This document shows, piece by piece, positions 48,896-56,060 of a stretch of 64,000 bases of DNA. Origin of the DNA: a virus (taxonomy: Duplodnaviria > Caudoviricetes); the IMG/VR virus record IMGVR_UViG_3300033072_000473, positions 1 to 64,000 of that record. The stretch is one strand, 5' to 3'. The position numbers and the translations under genes were made by a program. A model generated the notes under the pieces. It made no database searches. It saw only the letters and a list, made by a program, of their open reading frames with translations, and had not been told where the DNA came from. Every line of letters starts with the position of its first letter. Position 1 is the first letter of the stretch.

Positions 48896-49129
48896 TTAAA
48901 ATAAGTCTAGAACATCGTCTACTAAACTTCCTAAATCTGATACGATGCCGGTTTCTCTATCAAGAGCCTTTAATGTAGCATCGGCTATGTACCCTACGGC
49001 AATACCTCCACCAATACCTAGTACTGTGGTTAGCATTGTATCCCCATAAAGTTGTTTAATTGTTTTTTCTGTGATTAAACCTGCCGCTAAATCGGCGGCT
49101 AGTTCTACAGCACTTTTACCTAGTGACAT
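48896..49129 (-). CDS. Hypothetical membrane-associated protein
   Basis: 77 aa with GIGGGIAVG hydrophobic stretch. Confidence 0.6.
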   Translation of the reverse strand: MSLGKSAVELAADLAAGLITEKTIKQLYGDTMLTTVLGIGGGIAVGYIADATLKALDRETGIVSDLGSLVDDVLDLF

Positions 49130-49135
49130 TAATAA

Positions 49136-50071
49136 TTACCATTTCGATTCGTTTGCTAGTAGTTTTCTGTGTTGTACCCAACCTCGGAAATTACCAGACC
49201 ACAACTCACCATTAGCGGTCATATGTGTAGTACCTGGCTGCCAAGATTCTGGACTATCATAGTACCTAGCATCTGTATACAGCATAGGAGTAGCTTGATG
49301 CTCAACTGGAGAAGCGTGACATGGTTCAGAGAAGATTAACCTATCCCAGATCATTGCAGCTTTTTCTAGGCTAAGGTCATTTTTGCGATAGGATACTTGT
49401 GCACATGCAGAGGCTGAAATCTTCTGAGCTTCTTCTAGCGAAATATCTTCTCCGTTTTCATCAAAATACCATAGAAACTCACCAAATTGATCTCTATAAG
49501 TACTAACAAACGGTAGATGCCATTCTCCAAACTTTAGTTTTACAGGAGTGCTAGCATCAATGGCCTCTTGCATACGTTCTGCTAGAATTTTAATTTCAGG
49601 TTGAGCATCTTCGTGATTACGCAGCCAGAAAAAGTTAGTAAGCTCTGTAGCAGTCATAATCACGTTAATGTGTTGAAAAGGCTCTAGGATACGGTTTACG
49701 ATTTGCTTATGGCATCCAAACTCTTGAAGCTTTTTAGCATGTTCAACCGCTGAGTCTAGTGCAAGCATCCATTCTTGTTGTGATCGTGCACGTGCTGGAA
49801 TGTCTAGTTCATGTTTAGCTTGCATACCACTCTGGTTCTTACCCCAGTGTTCCGGCGTAGCCGGTGATTGGGTCACTTGGTCGATAACGCTAGTAATTGG
49901 GATAGCGCGAGAACTAGAGGCATTACGACTAAATAGTCGGTGAGTCATAAACTCAGCATGGATAAAGCGTGGGTAGTGCAACTGCAATGTAGTAATACGA
50001 ATACCATTACTAATGGAATCCGCAACTACTTTAGCAGAGATATTATAGTGATCCTTCATACATCCCTTCAA
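49136..50071 (-). CDS. thyX: Flavin-dependent thymidylate synthase-like protein
   Basis: PRFIHAEFMTHRLFSRNASSSRAIP, HKQ..NR.LEPF, HASPVEHQA; phage ThyX-type pattern. Confidence 0.7.
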   Translation of the reverse strand: MKGCMKDHYNISAKVVADSISNGIRITTLQLHYPRFIHAEFMTHRLFSRNASSSRAIPITSVIDQVTQSPATPEHWGKNQSGMQAKHELDIPARARSQQEWMLALDSAVEHAKKLQEFGCHKQIVNRILEPFQHINVIMTATELTNFFWLRNHEDAQPEIKILAERMQEAIDASTPVKLKFGEWHLPFVSTYRDQFGEFLWYFDENGEDISLEEAQKISASACAQVSYRKNDLSLEKAAMIWDRLIFSEPCHASPVEHQATPMLYTDARYYDSPESWQPGTTHMTANGELWSGNFRGWVQHRKLLANESKW

Positions 50072-50297
50072 TAAGAGCTTCTTTGATATTATCAGACAGA
50101 ACTACTGCAAAAAATATAGGACTTAGTAAACAAGTAAATGCCATAAAAACTAAAGAGGATAGTAAGGGCCTTTTTACATATAAGTGCTCAATATCATTAT
50201 CAATTAATTTAGCTTTTAGTGGTCGATATACCATAAACCAAGAGTAAATACTAGTAGTTAGGCTAAATAGTACATAATAGTACAGTAATTCCATCAT
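50043..50297 (-). CDS. Small membrane protein
   Basis: Two hydrophobic segments. Confidence 0.6.
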   Translation of the reverse strand: MMELLYYYVLFSLTTSIYSWFMVYRPLKAKLIDNDIEHLYVKRPLLSSLVFMAFTCLLSPIFFAVVLSDNIKEALIEGMYEGSL

Positions 50298-50458
50298 AGT
50301 TTAATATACTTAAATACTTGTCTAATAGACAGTGTGTTTGCTTTGGATATAGAGAATTCTGTAAACTCCCCTCTAAATATATAGTGTGTTTTAGTAGCTC
50401 CTGTATAGGTAGCTACGTATTTTAAACCTATTAAATAATCTTTATTTTCAATAAACAT
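50294..50458 (-). CDS. 54-aa hypothetical protein (MFIENKDYL...); not in ORF track
   Basis: SD ggag, downstream of a promoter, ATGA overlap with next gene. Confidence 0.6.
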   Translation of the reverse strand: MFIENKDYLIGLKYVATYTGATKTHYIFRGEFTEFSISKANTLSIRQVFKYIKL

Positions 50459-50478
50459 AAAATCTCCATTGAATTTAC

Positions 50479-50507
50479 ATTATATCAGTTTATCATAATA
50501 AAGTCAA
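50479..50507 (-). promoter_or_regulatory. sigma70-type promoter
   Basis: TTGACT-17-TATAAT. Confidence 0.75.
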
Positions 50508-50525
50508 TAGAGAATTTTAAAAATA

Positions 50526-50551
50526 AAAAAGGAGGCTCTTGGCCTCCTTTT
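50526..50551 (-). terminator. Rho-independent terminator after Hsp20 gene
   Basis: ggaggc-caaga-gcctcc followed by T-run on minus strand. Confidence 0.75.
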
Positions 50552-50552
50552 A

Positions 50553-50954
50553 TCAATCCTCAATAGGAATTGAATTGTCTTTTTCAGACCCTACCTTACT
50601 AACATGAATAGTAAGAATACCATTCTTCATCTGCACTTTAGTAACCTCATAAAGTTTACCAATCATAAACTCTCGGCTAAATGAACGTAGTGCGATTCCA
50701 CGATAGAAGGATACCATATTCTCAAGATAATCTGGTAGTGCTTTATTACCGTTTACGGTAACAACGCCATTGTTACTGGTTACAGAAATATCTTGTTTAT
50801 CAAAACCAGCAACAGCTAGCTCAATAATATACGTATCTTGTTCTTTATCGTGATAACCGTTCCAGAAAGGAAACTTATCAATAGTTTTATTAACAAAATC
50901 CTCGAATCCGATCATAGGAAGTTTACTAAATAGTTCAGCAATGTGATTAGGCAT
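50553..50954 (-). CDS. Small heat-shock protein (Hsp20/IbpA-like)
   Basis: YIIELAVAGF, YRGIALRSFSREF, MKNGILTI. Confidence 0.88.
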   Translation of the reverse strand: MPNHIAELFSKLPMIGFEDFVNKTIDKFPFWNGYHDKEQDTYIIELAVAGFDKQDISVTSNNGVVTVNGNKALPDYLENMVSFYRGIALRSFSREFMIGKLYEVTKVQMKNGILTIHVSKVGSEKDNSIPIED

Positions 50955-51039
50955 AATTTACTCCGTTAAGCGAGCACTTTTGTAAATGTTTTTAATACAA
51001 AACCATTTACAACTTTAGTTTCAAATGTTAAAATGTACT

Positions 51040-51441
51040 TCATAGTTTCACTCCCCTAGGGCGAGCTTTCTTCTTGTAAAAGGCATGTAGGCCAATTACT
51101 TTAGTACGTGTATACTTCTTATTCCACGTATAAGGAAGTTTTGTATTGTGGAAGTGCGTAGCTCCAAGTGTAGGATCACGACTTTCGCCATCCAAAACTT
51201 TTTGAGCTATGTGCTGTGCATCTTTCCAAGCAGGTCCTTGAGGTTTTTTCAATTTCATAGTAATCCATGAAAATTGACCTGGTTGATAAACCACCTCGCA
51301 GACCGTATCTGGGTACTCAGGTGCTTTAAGCCTATTCATTACGACATGGGCTACAGCTTCTTTTCCCACATAGCTTTCACCTCTAGCCTCATAATATACA
51401 TTAAGAGCTAAGCATAAAAGCGCGGTTGCTACAGTTGACAT
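51040..51441 (-). CDS. Cell-wall hydrolase, SleB family
   Basis: CLALNVYYEARGE...AVA.VVMNR..YP.TVC.VVYQ..QFSW...ATHFH. Confidence 0.88.
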   Translation of the reverse strand: MSTVATALLCLALNVYYEARGESYVGKEAVAHVVMNRLKAPEYPDTVCEVVYQPGQFSWITMKLKKPQGPAWKDAQHIAQKVLDGESRDPTLGATHFHNTKLPYTWNKKYTRTKVIGLHAFYKKKARPRGVKL

Positions 51442-51527
51442 AGGTACCTCCTATTAGGAATATCGGGGCGTATATTCCGTGACAGCTAAGGTTACGAGGG
51501 CTGTCAGTTTTTGCAATATTGCTCCCC

Positions 51528-51722
51528 CTACTTACCAGTACTACATTCTTGCGCACGATAGTATTGCAAGGTTTGCAGGTACAACTGATAAGGTAGTTCT
51601 TTGTATGGATACTTTAGATTAAAATAGTTATCCCATTTAGCTTCGTCAATAAACTTAAATAGTGCATCACGATGCTGTTTATTGGTGGGGTCGTAGTCTA
51701 CTCGAACAATCTTAGAAATCAT
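51528..51722 (-). CDS. Hypothetical protein
   Basis: 64 aa, SD gagga, downstream of a promoter. Confidence 0.65.
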   Translation of the reverse strand: MISKIVRVDYDPTNKQHRDALFKFIDEAKWDNYFNLKYPYKELPYQLYLQTLQYYRAQECSTGK

Positions 51723-51745
51723 GGTTTCCTCACTGTTAAAATAAT

Positions 51746-51774
51746 ATTATATCACTGAAGAACGTTAATTTCAA
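51746..51774 (-). promoter_or_regulatory. sigma70-type promoter
   Basis: TTGAAA-17-TATAAT. Confidence 0.75.
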
Positions 51775-51777
51775 ATG

Positions 51778-51806
51778 AAAAAACCCGTTGGTATTAGCAA
51801 CGGGTT
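51778..51806 (-). terminator. Rho-independent terminator at the 3' end of the tRNA region
   Basis: aacccgttg-ctaatac-caacgggtt followed by T-run. Confidence 0.8.
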
Positions 51807-51898
51807 CAAATACTTACTTTAATGAATTGTAGTGATCGTATCGTCCGTTTGTATTGCCACTATTATTTTTATATATATATATAATCTTTGATACTTTT

Positions 51899-51927
51899 AT
51901 TATATAAAAATAGACTCTTAAAGTCAA
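51899..51927 (-). promoter_or_regulatory. sigma70-type promoter facing a terminator about 110 nt away
   Basis: TTGACT-17-TATAAT. Confidence 0.7.
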
Positions 51928-51943
51928 GGATAAATACAGCTTT

Positions 51944-52017
51944 TGGAGGGGGTACTAGGGCTCGAACCTAGAACAAAAGAATCAAAATCTCATGTGTTAC
52001 CTTTACACCATACCCCT
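51944..52017 (-). tRNA. tRNA-Gln(TTG)
   Basis: Cloverleaf, loop TT-TTG-AT, GTTCGAG T-loop, encoded CCA; 1:72 mismatch. Confidence 0.85.
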
Positions 52018-52019
52018 TC

Positions 52020-52095
52020 TGGCCCGCCGTGAGGGACTCGAACCCCCAGTCAGGGAGTAGAAGTCCCTTGGTTTTTCCAATTAACCGAACGGCGG
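52020..52095 (-). tRNA. tRNA-Arg(TCT)
   Basis: aggga-CT TCT AC-tccct, encoded CCA. Confidence 0.9.
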
Positions 52096-52102
52096 AAATA
52101 AC

Positions 52103-52191
52103 TGGCGGGTGACTGTGAGCACGATTCACATACTGAAACTCAGTACGAGCTGCTTAGCAGGCAGTCCTAGCTCCTCGCTAGTTAATCACCC
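52103..52191 (-). tRNA. tRNA-Ser(GCT), atypical T-loop
   Basis: ctgc-CT GCT AA-gcag, long variable arm, G73, CCA; T-loop reads ATCGTGC. Confidence 0.8.
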
Positions 52192-52718
52192 TTAAAATAC
52201 TTTCTAACCTCTTCAAAAGCTATAGGAATATAGTTAATACTCTCTACAGAAGCATTGAAGTAAAACGGGTCTATAACTTCTTGATTATACTTATTAGTTA
52301 GCATTACACGCTTATCGTGTAGATGCCCATGTACATTACCACGAAACCTACCTTGAGATTCAGGATGAACTGGAATATGACTAAAGATTAGCTTATCCAT
52401 TACATGATAAGCTCTAATATCTCTAAAGTGCTCAGTATACTCTGTTAGCTTAAAAATATCATGGTTGCCCTTAATCAGAACTTTATCACCATTAAGACGA
52501 TAAAGTGTAGACATGGCACGACGGTTAATAACTACATCGCCCAGGTGGTAAACCTTATCACAAGGTCTAACCACACTATTCCAGTTTTCAACTAGAGCTT
52601 CATCCATTTCTTCTATAGTAGACCAAGGGCGTAGTTTTGTTACCCCATCTCTGCGTAGGAACTGCGTAACCCCTAAATGTCCAAAATGGGTATCTGATAC
52701 TATAAAAATATTAGCCAT
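52182..52718 (-). CDS. Calcineurin-like metallophosphoesterase
   Basis: SDTHFGH, HLGDV, KGNHD, SHIP, HGHLH. Confidence 0.9.
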   Translation of the reverse strand: MANIFIVSDTHFGHLGVTQFLRRDGVTKLRPWSTIEEMDEALVENWNSVVRPCDKVYHLGDVVINRRAMSTLYRLNGDKVLIKGNHDIFKLTEYTEHFRDIRAYHVMDKLIFSHIPVHPESQGRFRGNVHGHLHDKRVMLTNKYNQEVIDPFYFNASVESINYIPIAFEEVRKYFKGD

Positions 52719-52728
52719 TGTATTCTTT

Positions 52729-52794
52729 CAACAGGATCGACCTTTTACAAGTCAGATTAGCAGTCTGGTGTATTTTATTTGCTGAAACGATCCT
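52729..52794 (-). ncRNA. Y-RNA-like element E1 (CAGCAA motif) with Ser anticodon-loop mimic
   Basis: Stem aggatcg/cgatcct, then TTTCAGCAA; inner hairpin caga-CTGCTAA-tctg. Confidence 0.6.
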
Positions 52795-52804
52795 AAATAA
52801 GTAG

Positions 52805-52895
52805 TGGCGGGTCGAGAGAGAGTCGAACTCTCAAGGGCTTATTAGGCCTCGACTGTTTTCAAGACAGGTTCCATCGCCAATTGGATTGCCGACCC
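52805..52895 (-). tRNA. tRNA-Ser(TGA)
   Basis: ctgt-CT TGA AA-acag, long variable arm, CCA. Confidence 0.9.
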
Positions 52896-52901
52896 GTTAA
52901 A

Positions 52902-52943
52902 TTACTTTTTCTTTTTTCCGCCTTTTTTAGGTTTACAAGCCAT
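52902..52943 (-). CDS. 13-aa basic micro-ORF MACKPKKGGKKKK
   Basis: SD aaggaga 5 nt before ATG; the longer tracked ORF overlaps two tRNAs and is unlikely. Confidence 0.4.
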   Translation of the reverse strand: MACKPKKGGKKKK

Positions 52944-53002
52944 AATTTTCTCCTTATTGGTCTCCATGACCATAATTAAACCTACCTTAATAAGTTTAAT
53001 TA

Positions 53003-53077
53003 TGGAGCGTCCACTCGGAATCGAACCGAGATCCTCAGCTTGGAAGGCTGTGATAATAACCATTATACGATGAACGC
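53003..53077 (-). tRNA. tRNA-Gly(TCC)
   Basis: cagc-CT TCC AA-gctg, U73, CCA. Confidence 0.92.
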
Positions 53078-53078
53078 T

Positions 53079-53157
53079 TGGCTCCGCATCAGGGAATCGA
53101 ACCCTGCTAGCCATTGATTAACAGTCAAGCCCATGCACCTTGCTCGGGTTCTGCGGA
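53079..53157 (-). tRNA. tRNA-Asn(GTT)
   Basis: ttga-CT GTT AA-tcaa, G73, CCA. Confidence 0.88.
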
Positions 53158-53163
53158 ATTGAT

Positions 53164-53382
53164 TTACACTAATACTTTGCAGCGTTTAATACAGTTTTCA
53201 ATTCTAGACCATTGAACTTTTGTTAGGGCTGGATCAGAGCTTACAAATCTTTGTAAGTCATCTAGCGTGTCCTGTATTAGCTGAATTGCTTGAGTTTGAG
53301 GAATTTCTTGAAATTTCTTTTTAGCATGTTCCCAAGCTTCCTGCTCTAGCTCTTCTGCCCACGCTTTTTGTCCTGATCCCAT
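53164..53382 (-). CDS. Hypothetical protein
   Basis: 72 aa, SD-like gaga upstream. Confidence 0.6.
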   Translation of the reverse strand: MGSGQKAWAEELEQEAWEHAKKKFQEIPQTQAIQLIQDTLDDLQRFVSSDPALTKVQWSRIENCIKRCKVLV

Positions 53383-53531
53383 TGTAGTTCTCTAAATTTA
53401 GAAATAAACGAATGATATGCTACGTAGGGTGTAGTATGCACTAAAAACCATGCATAAAGTACTTGCTGTACTCTATGTTTAAGTGTTAGTGGATAAACGG
53501 TACGTAGAAACTCTTTTTTGCTTTGAAACAT
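53346..53531 (-). CDS. Hypothetical protein (start moved to MFQSKK)
   Basis: ggag SD 6 nt before the ATG at 53531. Confidence 0.55.
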   Translation of the reverse strand: MFQSKKEFLRTVYPLTLKHRVQQVLYAWFLVHTTPYVAYHSFISKFRELQWDQDKKRGQKS

Positions 53532-53540
53532 AGTATTCTC

Positions 53541-53627
53541 CATCAGGATACTGTGCCTACCATTAGGCTTATCTCGCTAAGACGAAACAATGGAATCGAA
53601 CCATTAAAAATTTTGCTGAAAGTATCC
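53541..53627 (-). ncRNA. YrlA-like RNA E2: CAGCAA stem plus circularly permuted tRNA mimic
   Basis: Stem ggatact/agtatcc + TTCAGCAA; inside, 5'->3': T arm aatgg-TTCGATT-ccatt, 7-bp acceptor-like hairpin gtttcgt-ctta-gcgagat, D-like arm gcct-aatggt-aggc. Confidence 0.75.
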
Positions 53628-53633
53628 AAAAAT

Positions 53634-53751
53634 TGGCCCCGAAACTAGGATTCGAACCTAGAACCTCTCCATTACAAGTGGAAGTTAAAGATGCGGTAAA
53701 TATTCTTACAGAATACTATTTTTAGCGCTCTACCGATTGAGCTATTTCGGG
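53634..53751 (-). tRNA. 118-nt tRNA-Thr(TGT) with a 42-nt insertion between D arm and anticodon arm
   Basis: Acceptor cccgaaa/tttcggg + G + CCA; D arm gctc/gagc; anticodon arm ttcca-CT TGT AA-tggag; T arm ctagg-TTCGAAT-cctag; insertion at 53684-53725. Confidence 0.75.
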
Positions 53752-53758
53752 ATTAAAC

Positions 53759-53836
53759 TGGTCTCAGTGGTAGGATTCGAACCTACGGTTTCCTGCTCCC
53801 AAAGCAGGCGACTTAACCAAACTAGCCTACACTGAG
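53759..53836 (-). tRNA. tRNA-Pro(TGG)
   Basis: ctgc-TT TGG GA-gcag, CCA. Confidence 0.92.
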
Positions 53837-53842
53837 TAATTC

Positions 53843-53917
53843 TGGAGTGAGTGGTAGGATTCAAACCTACATTGAGAAGATTTGCAGTCAACTGCCTAGT
53901 CTTTCGGCCACACCCAC
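53843..53917 (-). tRNA. tRNA-Cys(GCA)
   Basis: Loop CT GCA AA, U73, CCA; two mismatches in anticodon stem, T-loop TTTGAAT. Confidence 0.8.
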
Positions 53918-53924
53918 AGTAACT

Positions 53925-54000
53925 TGGTCGTGAGAACAGGATTTGAACCTATAACCAACAGCGTATGAAGCTGCAGCTCTACCACTTGAGCTATCTCACG
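53925..54000 (-). tRNA. tRNA-CAT (elongator Met or Ile2)
   Basis: cagc-TT CAT AC-gctg; paired 1:72, so not initiator. Confidence 0.85.
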
Positions 54001-54002
54001 TT

Positions 54003-54079
54003 TGGTACTCCCTCGCAGACTTGAACTGCGGACCTATCGCTTATCAAGCGATTGCTCTAACCAACTGAGCTAAGGAAGC
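54003..54079 (-). tRNA. tRNA-Ile(GAT)
   Basis: tcgc-TT GAT AA-gcga, CCA. Confidence 0.92.
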
Positions 54080-54086
54080 ATTAAAT

Positions 54087-54161
54087 TGGTGCTTAGTGTA
54101 GGGATCGAACCTACGGCCTCCGCCTTGTAAGGGCATTGCTCTACCGCTGAGCTAACCAAGC
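54087..54161 (-). tRNA. tRNA-Val(TAC)
   Basis: tgcc-CT TAC AA-ggcg, CCA. Confidence 0.92.
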
Positions 54162-54443
54162 TTAAAAGTTTGCTTCTGTATAGAATTCACTCTGAGACGG
54201 GTCTTTATAGTACTTCCAGCACTCATGTTGTTCTGTAAACTCTTCTACAGAGCAAATAGAGTAGAAAATACCTTCTTCTGTAAGACCATCCTCTTCTAGT
54301 TCATCCATATATAATTCGTAGAAGTACTCATTGGCTGAATCTTCTACTAGTTCTTCTGCCTGAGCTATGGAGTTGGCTTTTACTATAAAATGTTGTCCAT
54401 ACCCAGCATATTGAGCAGAGTCTGCGTAAATAATATATAGCAT
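54162..54443 (-). CDS. Acidic hypothetical protein (start moved to MLYIIY)
   Basis: SD gagg before the ATG at 54443; upstream part of the tracked ORF lies in a structured RNA. Confidence 0.6.
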   Translation of the reverse strand: MLYIIYADSAQYAGYGQHFIVKANSIAQAEELVEDSANEYFYELYMDELEEDGLTEEGIFYSICSVEEFTEQHECWKYYKDPSQSEFYTEANF

Positions 54444-54456
54444 ATGTACCTCTTTT

Positions 54457-54544
54457 GATTGATAAAGAACCTTCATAGTATCTAGCAACTTTGAGGAGGA
54501 TTGGCTAGCAAATCAGTAAACTGACAGAAGGCTCTTTATCAATC
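54457..54544 (-). ncRNA. 88-nt structured RNA with exposed CCUCCU loop
   Basis: 18-bp closing stem gattgataaagagccttc/gaaggttctttatcaatc; inner ctagc-caatcctcctcaaagtt-gctag. Confidence 0.5.
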
Positions 54545-54555
54545 ATTGAAATAAT

Positions 54556-54584
54556 ATTATATCAATGATTGAATAGGAAAACAA
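54556..54584 (-). promoter_or_regulatory. sigma70-type promoter, -10 box in the loop of an 11-bp inverted repeat
   Basis: TTGTTT-17-TATAAT; arms tcaatcattga (54539-54549) and tcaatgattga (54562-54572). Confidence 0.7.
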
Positions 54585-54603
54585 GTTTAAATTTCTTTTC
54601 TCC

Positions 54604-54630
54604 AAAAGAAAAGAGGGCAAATTGCCCTCT
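54604..54630 (-). terminator. Rho-independent terminator after the TROVE-like gene
   Basis: agagggca-att-tgccctct followed by T-run. Confidence 0.7.
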
Positions 54631-54633
54631 ATC

Positions 54634-56049
54634 CTACAAACTATAACGATCGCTCATTACAGCTTTCAGCATAATTGCTTCAGGAGTAAATTCTTCTAAA
54701 TCGCCACTAAGGACTGCCTTCATAATAGAAGGCGAGAATCCCGAAATAAGTGCCACGCCTTGTTGATTAAACTTAGCAGGAACATTATCATTGGCGTTTA
54801 GATTCCAAAATACAACTTTAGGCACTTGATAGCCAGCACGCTGATATTTGCTGGCAATCATTTGCATAGCATTATGGTCGTACTCAGCGCAATGATCGAA
54901 CTGCATATCCGAAAGGATAAGCAAAATTTCAGGCATTTCGCTTTGTGGTACTTGATTTTTCACTGCTACACCCAGCACTTTATCAAAGGCCACATGTAGG
55001 TTAGTATTCATATTCCACAGAGATTTAACCATTTGTTGTGCACGCTGAACTACATCACCTTTGAGGCTAAGTAGTTCAGGAGTACCAGAGAAAGTAAGGA
55101 ACAAATCCTTGAACTTACCCTGGTTCTTTTCACTAAGGTATAAGCCTAGTGAAACTGCAACATCCATGCAGGTAGTTGAACCTTTACTACCGGCTGCACA
55201 ACTCATAGAGCCTGAAACATCTACCATCGGTAGAATACTTGCAGAACCTACGTAGTTTGGCAGCGCTTTCCACTGAGCTACAATCAAATCCTTTTGAGTT
55301 TGGTTATACTCAGCAGTATAATAAAGGTTAGCAACTCCCTTTAGCACGTCATAAGGGTAAACTGCACCAGCATTAACTTTTACAGTTTTATCGCCCTCTT
55401 TAAGTTTAGCTACATATTCTGCGTACTTGGGAGTATTACGGAAAAATGCAGTCTTATAACGTGCATGTGCTAGACTAGGAACATGGGAGAAATTAATCTC
55501 TTCCCACTGCTTAGAGCACATTTGTTGTTCTACAACTTTAGTCAAATTGACTAGAGTTTTACGATAGAACTTTGGTGACCAACCAAGATACTGACGGAAT
55601 TGTTCCGCCACACGGCCTTTACGTGGAGTCCACTTAGCCGCCAGACCGTTGCCTTCGGCAAGAGCTTGGCGCACTAGTTCGAACCCTACGTCTTGCATCT
55701 TAGGGGTTTGAAACGCAAACAAATCATCAAAGCGACCAAGGTCGGGAACCTTTTTAGCTAGACGAATTGCAGACTCCATATCATTCTTTTCCAGATATTG
55801 CAAAATATCACGGAAAATCTGGCGTTCACCTACCCCTTGACGAATATCACGAACCCATTGTGCAATGCGTAGCGCAATATCCTTGTTCTCTACTAGAGCT
55901 GCGACAAAATCAGGAATAATATCCTTACCACGAGATGCACCAATCTTAAAGAAAAGATCAGTACAAGCATTTTCAGTTGCCTTAAATGCTTTCATCCCAT
56001 TCTGGGTACGAACTTCTTGATTTTGTACAGCTTGAGCAAAAGTAGTCAT
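54634..56049 (-). CDS. Ro60/TROVE-like protein with C-terminal VWA domain (DUF2828-type)
   Basis: RDIRQG.GER, AAKW.PRK, I.FSHVPS.A..RY, VNAGAVYPYDV, MIDAS-like DVSGSM, ILSDMQFD, VVFWNL, LISGFSP. Confidence 0.8.
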   Translation of the reverse strand: MTTFAQAVQNQEVRTQNGMKAFKATENACTDLFFKIGASRGKDIIPDFVAALVENKDIALRIAQWVRDIRQGVGERQIFRDILQYLEKNDMESAIRLAKKVPDLGRFDDLFAFQTPKMQDVGFELVRQALAEGNGLAAKWTPRKGRVAEQFRQYLGWSPKFYRKTLVNLTKVVEQQMCSKQWEEINFSHVPSLAHARYKTAFFRNTPKYAEYVAKLKEGDKTVKVNAGAVYPYDVLKGVANLYYTAEYNQTQKDLIVAQWKALPNYVGSASILPMVDVSGSMSCAAGSKGSTTCMDVAVSLGLYLSEKNQGKFKDLFLTFSGTPELLSLKGDVVQRAQQMVKSLWNMNTNLHVAFDKVLGVAVKNQVPQSEMPEILLILSDMQFDHCAEYDHNAMQMIASKYQRAGYQVPKVVFWNLNANDNVPAKFNQQGVALISGFSPSIMKAVLSGDLEEFTPEAIMLKAVMSDRYSL

Positions 56050-56060
56050 TTTTTAAATAT

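Noticed and set aside
52944-53114. Upstream part of the 70-aa ORF 52902..53114
   Set aside because: Overlaps tRNA-Gly and tRNA-Asn on the same strand; only the SD-preceded 13-aa end is plausible.
53684-53725. tRNA-Thr insert as a self-splicing or archaeal-type intron
   Set aside because: Too short for group I/II cores and no bulge-helix-bulge; it matches the CAGCAA family instead.
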